A stretch of 64,000 nucleotides of DNA from an uncultured virus (IMG/VR IMGVR_UViG_3300031998_000016) (IMGVR_UViG_3300031998_000016); one strand, 5' to 3'; numbered from the stretch's first letter, positions 12,309 to 24,408 are shown. Made by a program: numbers and translations. The notes: generated by a model not told the origin, from the sequence alone.

Positions 12309-13049
12309 TTAAAGAATCTCGAACATGAATGAGCATGTTCTGTCTGCGTTGTCGTATACAGCAACAAGCTGTGCTACTACGCCGCCGAGTGCGTCGTTAC
12401 CTGTGATGTCATAACCAATTACAAGTTCACCATCTGAACCTTCAACAACTGCTGCATATACTGGAGTTGCTGTACCTGATTCGATGAATCTCTTAAGGTT
12501 AGCTACTACGTAGTATGAATCATCTGTAGATGTGCAAGCTGAAAGGTCAAGTGTGATATTGCTATCAAGGTCAGTTGTTGTGATTGAAGTTGTTGTGTCC
12601 CAAGCAACTGTGTTAGTTGTGATTCTCATACCTCTCTGGAGATAGCCTACTCTTGGAAGGAAATCCTTTGTTGTTGAGCAGAACTTTCTTCTGTTGTTTT
12701 CTCTTTCATCGTACATCTGTTCTGATGTATAAATCATACCGAGTGGAAGTCCGAGGTCTGAAAGAGCCTTTGTAGGTACAGTAACAAGTGAGTTTGGCTT
12801 GTTAACAAGAACACAAGCACCATTCTGTGCTACAATCTTATTACCTGTAGCAGCACCAGCTGTATCTACTGCGTTTACGTAAGGACCAACCTTTTCGTCT
12901 GAATAAAAATTAGGGTCGAGAGCACACTGTGCTTCTACCATGCCGGCTCTAGTGAACCATACCTGGTTTGGTTCAATCTGACCGTAGTTGTTACCTGAAG
13001 CTTTCTTACCATTACGGAAGAGGCCTCTGTCAAATTTTACAAGTGCCAT
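12309..13049 (-). CDS. Putative capsid decoration / minor capsid protein
   Basis: 246 aa, high-expression codon bias, between scaffold and major capsid genes. Confidence 0.6.
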   Translation of the reverse strand: MALVKFDRGLFRNGKKASGNNYGQIEPNQVWFTRAGMVEAQCALDPNFYSDEKVGPYVNAVDTAGAATGNKIVAQNGACVLVNKPNSLVTVPTKALSDLGLPLGMIYTSEQMYDERENNRRKFCSTTKDFLPRVGYLQRGMRITTNTVAWDTTTSITTTDLDSNITLDLSACTSTDDSYYVVANLKRFIESGTATPVYAAVVEGSDGELVIGYDITGNDALGGVVAQLVAVYDNADRTCSFMFEIL

Positions 13050-14368
13050 TATTTATTACCTCCTTCTTTTTTCATGTGATTTTCAATAAGGGCACATACG
13101 GCATCAATTTCACCCTTTGAACCTTCATTCTTATAAATGAGTGTTGGTTCTTCTGTCTTGCCGAATGTAGCACCTGAGCTATATGCTGCGAAGCATAACT
13201 CTTTTCTAAAGTCTTCTACAGAATAATCAGCCATTTTTTCGGTAAATTCTGCAATCTGCTCTGCTGAGAGACTAGCTGAGAATTCATCAATTATTTTGTT
13301 CTTTTCTTCTGTTTCTACAGTCTTCTTATAAGACTCTAAATCTGACTTTTCATTATTTATGTCGGAAAGTGCTGAATTGAGTCTAACAATTTCAGCTTCT
13401 TTTTCCTCGATTGTTGTAGAGAATGAATTAATCTTTTCTTCAGCTTCTGCAAGCTTAGAATTTAATTCTTCCATTTTTGCGGCGAAATCTGTCTTAGCAG
13501 TTTCAAATTCAGCAACAAGTGCTTCATACTTAGCCGCGAAATCTTCAACAGGAGCTTCTGGTGTTGCAACCGCTGGTTCTTCAGCAGGAGCTTCTGGTGT
13601 AACTACTGTATTTTCTACTGGAGCTTCCGGCTCTACAACTGGTGTTTCAGTTGCTGCTGGTGCTTCTGGTGTAGCTACTGTATTTTCAGTTGTTGGTGTT
13701 TCTGTAACTGCTGGAGCTTCAGGAGTTACAGTGTTTTCAACTGGAACTTTGTTTTCATTTTCCATCTTCTTACTCTCCTCCTCAAAATAGTGATATAAGT
13801 CTCTGGCTCTTTTTCTCAGTTCGAAGAAAGCCGCTCCTTCAAAACACGGCTCAACTTCGTCACCAAGTACCTATAAGCCAAGTAGTCTTCCCTTTTTAAA
13901 AAGGAAATACGGTTCTCCGTCTTCCTCAGAAATCATCCACTCTCCTTCAAGGTCTTTAGAATAAATTTCCATTGATTGAGGTTTGCTAGGAATTAAACTG
14001 GCTTCTGGATAGAGGGCAGTAAAAAGAATAACGTCAGAACATGCGTATTCTCTCTCTATTCCATCTTTGTCTATGTGTTTTTCCCACGCAAAGTTTGGAT
14101 TCTCAGGAACAATACCATAAATCTTACCGTCCGAATTTGTGTAACCATGGTCTTCAAAATCTAATTCATCCATATTAAAAATACCTTTAATTGGAGCATA
14201 AGGTAAAGACTCAATAAGTTGTCTCGCAAAGTCGTCCGTTATATATGTACGATTTCGATTCATTCCTCTATAAAAAAAGCGTCCTCTGCATTTTGACAGT
14301 GTAGCGGTCACTTTTTCCGGTTTGGAATAAAGAGATACTTCTATTTCTCTAGGAATTTTCACGCTCAT
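13049..14368 (-). CDS. Prohead protease-scaffold fusion (439 aa, one TAG; internal scaffold start at 13765)
   Basis: ORFs 13871..14368 and 13049..13765 are in frame; read-through restores LGL(Q)VLGDEVEPCFEGAAF; C-terminal half is Pro/Glu-rich then coiled coil. Confidence 0.75.
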
Positions 14369-14388
14369 GTTTTATTCTCACCACCTTT

Positions 14389-15939
14389 TTAATTTGATTG
14401 TTTGCTTGTCTCGCTAGTCGTTGTCTTACTTTCCGATGAACTTGAAGAGCTTGCAGTAGCAGATTTATTAGCATCCTTCGTAGCCTAAGCAGTAACGGCG
14501 TTTGTTTTACCGGACTGTGTATACGCAGACTGGAGAGGTTTAAGCACTTCGTCTAAATCAAGCACATCATTTTCTAAACTCTTAAGGTCACTAAGATTAA
14601 CTTGGTTAACACCCGAAGCCGCAACCGGAGTAAGAAATACATAACCAAACGCTGCTAAGTCTTTGGCTTTTGATGTGTATTCTTCTATATTGTAGTAACT
14701 TACAGGAAGTATTACAAAATTAAAAGATATTTTCTTATTTCCAAATTTATTGTTCATGAGAACACTAAAGAAATGAGCAAGTTGTCTACCTAAAATCATC
14801 ATCATAGATAAGTCATTATTAAGAGACATTTCTAAGCCTGATGGTGTTGACGCACTAAAGAGTTCCTTTGATACACCAGCGGCATCATAGACTAATTGTT
14901 GAGCCTATTCAACGTCAGTTCTATCTGCCTGCTCGCCGCTAAGGTCTAATAAACCAACCTTACCATAAGATGTAATAACATCAGTATCCGGGCTTTCAGA
15001 AAGCATTTCAACTACACCCTCGTGAATTTCAAGTGCTTCATCTGGCTCAAAAAGTAAGTTAAGACCATCGTGTGGAATTTCTTGTGTTACGATTCTCTTT
15101 AGTGAAAGTAAGTTTCTTTGTTTGTTGATGTCCCTGTAATCTTCTAAGTCATCAATCAGAGGAATTAAATCTAAGAAGAATGGTGTTTCTTTTATATAGC
15201 AGAAGTAAATACCAACCTTTTCAGAAATAAACATCCACGGGTCAGCATTTTGACCCTCCCTCTTATATTTCTTATATCCTTTCTGTACCTCAGTAGGATA
15301 TGCTTTCAAAATTTCGCGGCGAAGTTTATCGTCACTAATTTCTTTATCGAAAAATCTTAGGTCGAATTCAATAACATCAACGTCTTGCCGATTTTTAAAT
15401 CTGCTGCGGCAATATTCAAAAGGTAGTGTCTGTATTGCAATACCTTCCGGATTATCATGGATAATACCATAATAGCCGCCATCAACTAATACTCTTGTTG
15501 CGAACTTTGTACATTTATCTTCTATGTCAAAATTCGAGCAGAACTCTGCGGCTTCGTAATAAGACTTTTGATTAGTCTTTTCAGAAAGCTTGCCTTTAAA
15601 ACCTTTTGCATGAGGGATAAGAAGCCATGAATAAGTTAAGAAAGTTGAGTAGTGAATGATAATTCTTTTATATAAACCGCTTATATCAAAGAAGTGTCTT
15701 GATAATTTACATTTCTCTATTGCTGTACCTTCTTTAACGATTCTATCAATTTCTTCCGGGGTATATTCATGAGATAAATGTCTTTTAGTTGATTCTCTGC
15801 CTTTAAGCTTTTCATAGGCGGCATCATTTTTAGCAATCATATCTCTGATAACGCTTTTGAATATATCAGTTCTTTTTCCTCTTAATTCTTCAAGCTACTT
15901 AGCGTCCAGACTTAACTCTGGTCCTTTATTTAAATCCAA
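14389..15939 (-). CDS. Portal protein (516 aa with TAG read-through)
   Basis: AAGGAGGTGA RBS + TTG; joins ORFs 14905..15840 and 14485..14829 across 3 TAGs; size and position between terminase and protease. Confidence 0.75.
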
Positions 15940-15944
15940 CCTTA

Positions 15945-17783
15945 TCACCTCCTTCTTCTATTTTTATTGCCTCCACAACCGCCCCTACCACGAGAAGCGA
16001 ATACTAAACTACGTCCGGCAGAACCATTACCTAAGCCGCGATTTCTACGTTTAGCTAAGTTTTCCTGTTCAAGCTAAACAACATAATACACACCCATTTC
16101 AAGGGCGGAGAATTTATCCTTTAATACTCTAGTATTGATTTGTTCTACTGCGATTTGGTTACTTACACCTGTCGCGCGAATCTTTAAATTGAGTATTTCT
16201 TTTAAAAGGATAGTAGTTAAAATGTGCGGCTGTAAACGTTTGTTCTATTCTTCCGGAGACATTCTAGCTCCTTTAATTGTAGAAATAAGTTTATTCTTAG
16301 CTTGCTGTTCTGAGATTAAGAACTTTAACTGACCCGAATAAATCTTTGAATATAGCATAGAGTGCATATCGCTATTTATCTGAGCATTAGCCTTAATACC
16401 ATAAAGTATCTTTTCACATCCACGCGGCTGTAAAGGTAAGTATTCTTCCCTATTCATAAAGCCGTAAGGTGGATAAGTCATGCCGGTTCTACTATCATAA
16501 GTTTCCTTAATCATTAAGTCACCAAATGGAGCACCGACACCGTTAATATCTATTACGCAAGCTCTTGGATTATATTGAGCGATAAGACGTTTCTGTTCGA
16601 TTACCTGAAGTGTAAAGTCTTTCTCGCTTTCTGTCCTACCTAAAATGTAGATATTTACCAGTTTCATTCTAAAAGTTTCATTGCTTGGATAGACCTTTAA
16701 TACAGTACAAACAGATTGGCAGCCTTTTCGCGCCAAGTCGGTTGAGAGTATATAAAAGCAGTCTTTATCGCTTTCGCGCGAATATGTAGCAACATTTTCA
16801 GGGTTAACAACTCTACGAGCCTGTTCTAGCTTAGTAAAGTCAAACCATGCATCTTCTGAAGTACCAACAAATCGTGACATATATTCCTTTGCAAAACCTA
16901 AGCTATCAAAAGTAGATGATGTCTTTAATTCGTTTAAGTAAGCTTTAGATAAAAGTCCTGTTAATACTGGTATTCTATAGTCAAAACTAAAACAGAAAGT
17001 AGAACTTGGGTTAATAATCTACTGCTCAAATAACTCAATAGTCTTATCATAACAGAATGTATTCTTTTCCGAAGCAGATGAAATCCAAAGCTGTACCTGT
17101 TGTGGCTCTTCTTCATTCTTATCACCGTTTATCATAGGCCTATCAACGTTTAAGAGTGGCAAGATAATTTCGGCAATATCCGTAGGGTCGTGGTCACGGA
17201 ACTCATCTATGATACCTATATTAGCACGCTGTCCTCTTGAACTGTTAAGAGGTGTAACAACTACGAAAGAAGACTTGTTACGGAATAAAAGTTTAATATA
17301 GTCAGTACCATAGTTTTCAACAGCAATTTCAGCTTTTAACATTGGCAGCATATCGAATAACTGACCAAGTTTCTACTGTGCGATTTTTGCAGACTGGGCT
17401 TTACCAGGCGAACAAATAAACGCTGTACATTTTGGTCTAAAAATACAAATCAGCAATAAAGCCAAAATACAAATAAAAGATTTACCGGCGGCACGGGGAG
17501 CTATTGTAAGAACTCGTCCGTACCTAATACATGCTCTTAAGAACATACGCTGGAAAAATTTAAGTCTAAACTTTGATTCAACAGGTATAAGTAGGTCAAC
17601 AAACTTATCAGGATAGTTAATGAAATATTCCATGTAGTTTTTATAGAGGTCTAAATTCTTATCAACCTTATTCTTATCGACTTTTGCGCCTTTTTCTAGC
17701 TAAATATCGCCGCGATAAAATTTAGTAGTTGTATCCTTATTTATACCCCTTGTTAGTATCTTAAGTGAGTCTACAGTTAACAT
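15945..17783 (-). CDS. terL: Terminase large subunit (612 aa with TAG read-through)
   Basis: Three ORF fragments in one frame, 5 TAGs; Walker A APRAAGKS, Walker B IIDE, nuclease motifs STDLAR, IDINGVG and KDKFSAL. Confidence 0.9.
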
Positions 17784-17786
17784 ACC

Positions 17787-18710
17787 TTACACCTCAACCT
17801 TAAAGTCTTCTTCATCCATATCGTCGAATTGTGCGGCAGCTTCTTGGTATTCATCCCAGTCAAAGCCACTATTTGTAAGTCTATCTGCAGCCTTAAGAGC
17901 TTCGATACGTTCTTTGATTTCGTCGGCAATACCAGTCTCATTTACATATAAGTATCTAGCCTGATACTGCATGATACGTAAGGACTTATCAACTTCATCG
18001 TTATTAGCACCCCTAGCATAGTTAGGCTTAAATCCTAATTTCTCCAGATAGGCGCAAATTTCGCCCCAACTGTTAAAATCGTTACCGTCCTTAATTTCGG
18101 TAGTAGTAATGCCGGCACTTTTACATAAGGTATCATAGGCTTTTAAATCCTTATCAATTTCGACCCCGGCCCTTAGCTTTTCTTCCATTATTAAAGCTAA
18201 CTTACAAGCTTTCTTAATTTGGTCTTCGTGCATTTTATTAGCAATGTTAACAGAAGACTGAATACCAGAGTACAAATTATCCAAATATTCCAGCTATTCA
18301 TCATCGTACTGAGGACCCCATATAGCCTTACGCTCAATTCTTTTATCCTCATCTAGAGCCGGGATAACCTAAGTCAATTTGTCTCTTTCTTCCAGTTCCA
18401 TATATAAGTCTTGATATTGTTTCCAACTTAAATCCTCATATTGTTTTTGGCGGAAAATTGAAGCGTATGTACCAAAGGCATCGCATCTGTCTACTTTCCA
18501 AACCTTTGCAAATTCTTCAGGTATAAAGGGGATGTCTGCCAGCTGGCAGAGTTTGTTAGCGGCATTCCATTCATTATCCTTATTCTTACTTAAGTATGAC
18601 TAAATACAATCGCGGCAAATAGGTAATGAGCCGCCAAGTAAAGGATTGTTAGTGGCAATAAATTTTGCCACCGACAATTCCTCTTTACAAATACAACATT
18701 TCTTAGCCAT
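17787..18710 (-). CDS. CxxC zinc-finger protein upstream of terL (307 aa, 3 TAGs); possible small terminase
   Basis: MAKKCCICKE...PICRDC N-terminus is in frame with ORF 17787..18284. Confidence 0.6.
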
Positions 18711-18966
18711 TGTCTGCCACTTCCTGGTTTGCTGCTGCAATATCGCGGCACATCTTCATGGTCTTTCTTTTCTGCATCCTATTCATTAAGGTAAATCTAA
18801 ATACAGTCTCAACAATAAGGTTCTATATGGCATCTGTTTCCTACATAAAAACCTTACTAACTAAATCCTGTAACTCATTACCCTCAATACCCACGTATTT
18901 CGCAAGACCAATGATGTCGGACATCTTAAATCCGTTTACCATTAGTTCCATTAATTCCTTTTCCAT
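18703..18966 (-). CDS. Hypothetical protein (87 aa, 2 TAGs)
   Basis: AAGGAG RBS + ATG; open to a TAA that overlaps the next start. Confidence 0.55.
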
Positions 18967-19069
18967 TTAAATCACTCCTTTACTATATAGCCGCGATTTT
19001 AGGTACTACTTTCGCGGCGAAATTATTTTTGACCCCCGGTGGGGCCTGTTGGCGAAGCCAACAGGGGTC

Positions 19070-20137
19070 TTACTTCTTTTCTTCCTTTTTCTTCTCCACA
19101 CAATCCTTACAAATACCATTCCATCCATCCACATTCTTTTTCTTCTTGTGCCACAATCTCTTATCCCTCATCTTCCATTCCCCACAACAACTACATTTCT
19201 TCCAAGCCTTATCCCAATCCTTACAACACCATTCATCATAAACTAGGTCTGCCTAAGCCGCTACCTTTTTACAACAAGTGGTCCAAATGGTACTAATATA
19301 ATTTGGGGCGTGAGAATAGCCGTGGGCCTCCAAATCATCTAAAATTTCAAGGTTCGATTTGCCGGCCAACTTCCCATCCCAAATAATAGTTTGTTGCTCA
19401 CTAAAACCGGCCATTTTCACATACTTATCAAATTGGTCAATTAGGGGCTTGTTTTCATCCCTTAATTCCCAATACCCAAAACCAATTTGCGCAATGTGCT
19501 TCCAGTTCGTCATGTCGATAGTATTACGTGGCGGGTCGAGAGGTATATCTACCACTACCCCATTATGAAATGGGTTTTCTAAAACCCCGGGGATAGAGTT
19601 ACTTAAAGGCCAGGTATCGAGAGAAGAAACTGACGGCTCCCATGCTGAAGCGTGGTCTGGTTTTTTGGTAATAGGAGATTTTACTTGGTCGCGAAGCAGG
19701 TATTGGTCCTTGCGGAGTTCAACTAATAGGTGCTTAAACTCATAGTATTTTTTTGAGGTTGGGTCAGTTTTTTCGAGTACGGCCTATACAGCGTCAATTG
19801 AGTGCCATAGGTCGTTAATGTTAGGGAGATTGGCGTTCTACGGGTCATCGCGGCTAAAAGATGGTTTTGGGACACGATATTTTGTACGAGAGAATGTCGA
19901 TGGTGTTTCTATAAATGTAGGGGAATCGGTTAATTCGTCTAGGGATAAAGGGGTGTTTTTTGAGTAGTCGTGTTTTGGTTTTAGAGAAACGAGTTTGCGG
20001 TCTACGGCTGAAAGGCCAGTTGAATCTTTGCCGTAGAGAAGATAATTGGCTGCTTGTTCAGCTTGGGCCATAGTGGTTGGGGGATTTGTACGAACGGCTT
20101 CGATACGTTCGGATAGATTAGTGTTTAGGTTATACAT
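19070..20137 (-). CDS. Putative DNA-binding protein with C-terminal CxxC...CxxC zinc finger (355 aa, 3 TAGs)
   Basis: ORFs 19838..20137 and 19253..19555 are in frame; extension encodes KKCSCCGEWK...ICKDC; AAGGAGG RBS. Confidence 0.65.
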
Positions 20138-20479
20138 ATAAATGACCTCCTTTTAGGGTTAGGGTTAAAAATGTGGGATAGGATTTTTCCTTCGAGTTTA
20201 AAAATTTTTTGTGTGTGGGATTTGCTACCGGGCGCAGCCCTTTTGGATTTTTCTGGGCATTTTGTCAAACATACCCCCGAGTACGTTAAAAAAGTAGACA
20301 AAACAAAACCGGCGCGATATTAATGCATACATATGGGATAAATCGGTAAAACTTTAACAGTTCGGATTTTAAAAAAGGTATTGCAATTATATTTTTAATG
20401 TGGTATTATAGATTTAGAAAATTTAATACACAACACGAAAACGGGTGATAAGGTTGTAAAAACACAGACGGAGGTTAAT

Positions 20480-21004
20480 ATGGATATAATTTTTAAAACG
20501 TCTGAATTTAAAATTAAATTCAGAAACAATGAACGCACAAACGAAAATACTGAGTATATCGGAAAATACTTAGACGCTTATTTTTCTGAACTTTACTCAC
20601 AGAAAATGCTTATTGTTTACACAACAAAAACCGATGTTTTCATGCATGAGATGAACTTTAACGATGAACACTTAGCACTTTACAGTGGTTTTTCATCAGA
20701 CGGTATACCGTGTTTACGTTTAAGGTTAGGCGTGAAAGATATTAAAAAATGGAATACAGAAAACGATATAAAAATCGGTACACTGGAAACATTTAAAGCA
20801 TACTCAAAAGAACTTGCCAATAACGGAAAAGCAAGTGAAAAAATGATATTTGAGTATAACGGACTGGAGTGGCATGATAACAATATCAAACATTCCGAAA
20901 ACGGTGATTTTAAGGAATATCAGATTAAGTATTTTGATAATGCATCAATTTTACTTGAAAATTCCGAAAAAATCAAAGAACTTTATAACACATACATGTT
21001 TTAA
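20480..21004 (+). CDS. Hypothetical protein
   Basis: GGAGG RBS; TTGCAA..TATTAT promoter-like sequence at ~20381-20409. Confidence 0.65.
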   Translation: MDIIFKTSEFKIKFRNNERTNENTEYIGKYLDAYFSELYSQKMLIVYTTKTDVFMHEMNFNDEHLALYSGFSSDGIPCLRLRLGVKDIKKWNTENDIKIGTLETFKAYSKELANNGKASEKMIFEYNGLEWHDNNIKHSENGDFKEYQIKYFDNASILLENSEKIKELYNTYMF

Positions 21005-21098
21005 TAATTACTCATAAACAACGAAAACAAGCGTTTTTCAAGTGTTATTCGTTCTGAATAGCACTTGAAAAACCAATTAAAAGAAAGAGGTATTTATT

Positions 21099-21386
21099 AT
21101 GATTAAAGCCATTTTAACATCTTTTTTTTGCGGTGATGACATCCACGAAACTATTGATTTTATCAACACTAAGAACCCTTCAAAACACATCCACGTCGGT
21201 GAAAACAGAATGATTCCTAACAAGTATACTGGAAAACTTGAAATTGATATTAACAACATCGGAAAAAGATGTGTTTTAAGAGGTTATATTTATAAGCGCT
21301 TTACATTTGAAGACTATACCGAAACTATAATAAACAAAGAAAATAACATCAAGGTTAGAGTCACAATTTATAATTTAAAAGTCTAA
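21099..21386 (+). CDS. Hypothetical protein
   Basis: GAGGT RBS; followed by a long hairpin at ~21406-21455. Confidence 0.6.
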   Translation: MIKAILTSFFCGDDIHETIDFINTKNPSKHIHVGENRMIPNKYTGKLEIDINNIGKRCVLRGYIYKRFTFEDYTETIINKENNIKVRVTIYNLKV

Positions 21387-21508
21387 AATTTAAATAGCAG
21401 GTTTTAAAAATCCGTTTTGATTTGGTTTAATACCGAAAAATCAAAACGGATTTTTTATTTATCTTTTTCTGATTACTGATATATTTTTAAATCCGTTTTT
21501 AAATGCCC

Positions 21509-21612
21509 TTAAAACGTTCTGTAATGCGTTTTAAGCGCCGTCTGATATGTTAGTAGTATAAACTATAGGGTAAAAATACACACGCCTTAAAACGCATTAC
21601 AGAACGTTTTAA
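21509..21612. repeat. Perfect 27-bp inverted repeat with 50-bp spacer
   Basis: ttaaaacgttctgtaatgcgttttaag (21509-21535) is the exact reverse complement of 21586-21612. Confidence 0.9.
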
Positions 21613-21879
21613 AAGCATATATAAAAACATCAACATTTATTTGATTTGTGTTGATTATTTTTCACGGGATAAATTGAATAAATATGCATTTTACGCATAA
21701 TTATTCATTCTATTATAAATCAACATTTTTTCGGTTTATGTTGTGTAAATAATTTGTATTTTATTTGTATCATAGATAATAGACACTTAATCATTTAAGT
21801 GTTGCATAAACGACACTTTAAAATACAAGTGTTTAATAATCAACAAATTGAACCAAAAGTGTTGAGTTCAATTTTAAGT

Positions 21880-22700
21880 TCAATTTGGAAAAATTATGAA
21901 TTGAACTTTTTCCGTTTTTTCCAGTTCAAAATGGTAATTCCGGTAAAAGTTCAATTCCGAAAAATTCCAGTTCAATTTCCGTTTTTTCCAGTTCAATTGG
22001 TAATTCCGGAAGTTCAATTTCCGTTTTTTCCAGTTCAATTGGAATTTTATGGAGTTCAATTTTCCAGCCTTTTCCATGGAAAAATTTACCATTTTCTGCC
22101 GGATTTTTCCATGGAAAATTCTGACATTTTCTGTAAAAATTTTCCAATGGAAAATTATTCATTATTTTTCCAGTTTTTGACAGTTATGGAAAATTTTTCC
22201 AGCTCTGTAAATTTTTCACATTTTTTGGTAAAATTTACCATGGAAAATTCTGACATATTTTCCAATTTCTTCCATGGAAAAATTTTCCGGGTCGGGCAAT
22301 TTTCCAGTATTTACCATGGAAAATCTTGGAAAATTGCCCGGGCGATTTTCCAGATTTTTCCAGTTTCCTCCAGAATTTTCCATAAATGGAAGGTTCTAGG
22401 AGCTGCGTTTGCCATAATTTTCCATATATGTAAGGATATGGGAGCTGCGCTTCCAAATTTTACCATTTATGGAAGAAGATGGGAGCTACGTTCCGGTGGT
22501 AAAATTTTCCATTTATGGAAGAAGATGGGAGCTGCGTTTGCCAAATTTTACCATTTATAGAAGAAGATGGGAGCTACATTCCACTGGTAAAATTTGGTAA
22601 TTATGGAAGAAGATGGGAGCTGCAAATGGTGGAAAAATTTTCCAAAAATGGAAAAATATGTAAGCTGTCTATTTTTGGAAAATTTTCCTACAGCAGCATT
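21880..22700. repeat. Non-coding repeat field (TTTTCCA/TGGAAAA units, CCAGTTCAATT repeats, GAAGAAGATGGGAGCT repeats)
   Basis: Directly visible short periodic repeats; overlapping ORFs are low-complexity. Confidence 0.85.
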
Positions 22701-22853
22701 ACTTTGGTATTTTTTACTTTCTGTAATTATTATACCATACATTTCCAAAAAAGTAAATAGTTAAGGTTTTTGGTAATTTCGCCGCGATTACCATAATATA
22801 ACAGTTATAACATAAAAAGGTCGCCGCCAATCTCTTGGCGACGAGAAGTTAAA

Positions 22854-23324
22854 TTATTTGTCATTTTCTGCAGTTTCTATAGTTTTTTCATCAGATAGTC
22901 TACCACGAAGATATTTTACACTATATGGTACATTATCTATCGTAATGTCTGCGCCTTGGTCAAATCGTATTGTATCAGGAACATAAGTCTGATTAAGTAA
23001 CTTTTCATACAGTAAGCGTTCTAATGTTCTTCCGTTGTTACTATAGCAATATTTTGCTTTAAATTCTTCTTCAGTACAAAGAATTGTCGCTTTTTCTAAC
23101 ATTCTGTTGATTGACTTCTTAGTTGGTCGCCAGTCAAGAGTTTTTGTTTTAGTTTCGGAGTTTGTGTTAAGATAGTAGTCAAAATATTCATCTTCAGTAA
23201 AATAGGTGTAAATATTTCCCTCAAAAGGAAAACCATAGATTTGATGCTTAGTATAGACAAGTTTTCTATATCTTGCCAGATACTCATTTTTTTCCATTTC
23301 TTTGTAGATATTCATAAATACCAT
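22854..23324 (-). CDS. Hypothetical protein, possible PD-(D/E)xK-like nuclease fold
   Basis: NNGRTLERLL...GADITIDNVPYSVKY pattern; the only minus-strand gene in the cassette region. Confidence 0.45.
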   Translation of the reverse strand: MVFMNIYKEMEKNEYLARYRKLVYTKHQIYGFPFEGNIYTYFTEDEYFDYYLNTNSETKTKTLDWRPTKKSINRMLEKATILCTEEEFKAKYCYSNNGRTLERLLYEKLLNQTYVPDTIRFDQGADITIDNVPYSVKYLRGRLSDEKTIETAENDK

Positions 23325-23969
23325 TCCTTTCCAAATTGCCCGAGTGGGTTGTTGTTTTCATTGTCTTTATTATACTATTCTTATGTGATAGAAATGTGAT
23401 AGTTTTGTGAAAGTTATGTGAAAACATTTTATGGTATTAAAATGAAGATATTTACAATTATAAAAGATTATGTTATAATTATTATAATTAAATAATAATG
23501 GAGAAAAATGTTTATTTGTAAAATTTTTACAATCTTGCCGCGAAATGGTAAAATAAATCTTTTGGTAATATATGGAAAGTTGCCCGGGCGATTTTCCAGA
23601 TTTTGGTAAAAATGTTAATCCGTTGCCAATGGCAGTCACCGTGGAAACTTTTGACAAAAATGTAAAATAAAGTACCGTGGAAAAATTTTACATAAAAGTA
23701 AAAACAGTACCGTGGAAAATTTATACAATAAATGTAAGAAAAATGGTAAGGGAAATTTATACAATAAATGTAAGAAAAATGGTAAGGAAAATTTTTGTAA
23801 AAATGATAATAACTTGTGTTGAAAACTCTTTGTGCATTTTAAACAAAATATACCCGTAATCTTTGGTAGGTAAAAGTGTTGACAAATCCCTTGTAATGGT
23901 GTATAATAGATAATGTAAGGAGGAGGTAAACTCCTCAAGGAAACAACTACCAATAGGAGGTCTATAATT

Positions 23970-24350
23970 ATGTTCAGATTTAAGGTTTACGCAGACAAGG
24001 AAGTTTTTGACAGAGATGGAAACTACGACTACGACGAATACGGCAAGGTGGCAGAGTTTGCCATTTCAGGCACTACTTCTCAGGAAGTGGTAGAAGATGC
24101 CATTAAAACGGCAAATGACCGCAGCTTCCAGATTGTGGAAATGGACGAGGAAGGTCTTGCCAACTTTGTTAAGGTTGCACAGAAAATGGATTTTATCGTT
24201 CATGCTCCTGAAGAATGGAAAATGTGGGATGTTATAGTTACCAACGATTCCCTTGGAATGATTTGGGAAATTGACGGTCTTCGCCATTTCTTAAAGAGAA
24301 TGGCAAGGGAAACCGAGGAACTTTGGGAGAAATTGGATTACATGGAATAA
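23970..24350 (+). CDS. Hypothetical early protein (distant paralog of 25161 and 26581)
   Basis: Own promoter and GGAGG RBS. Confidence 0.75.
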   Translation: MFRFKVYADKEVFDRDGNYDYDEYGKVAEFAISGTTSQEVVEDAIKTANDRSFQIVEMDEEGLANFVKVAQKMDFIVHAPEEWKMWDVIVTNDSLGMIWEIDGLRHFLKRMARETEELWEKLDYME

Positions 24351-24408
24351 GTGGTAATTGGGAAGGGAACTCTCAGAAATGGGAGTTCCGCCCATAAATT
24401 AGAAAGGA

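Noticed and set aside
1..20137. Fragmented structural ORFs as pseudogenes of a decayed prophage
   Set aside because: All breaks I checked are in-frame TAG only, with no frameshifts or TAA/TGA, and operon junctions are intact
21799..22760. 253-aa ORF and overlapping ORFs in the repeat field
   Set aside because: Low-complexity translations of DNA repeats with no RBS
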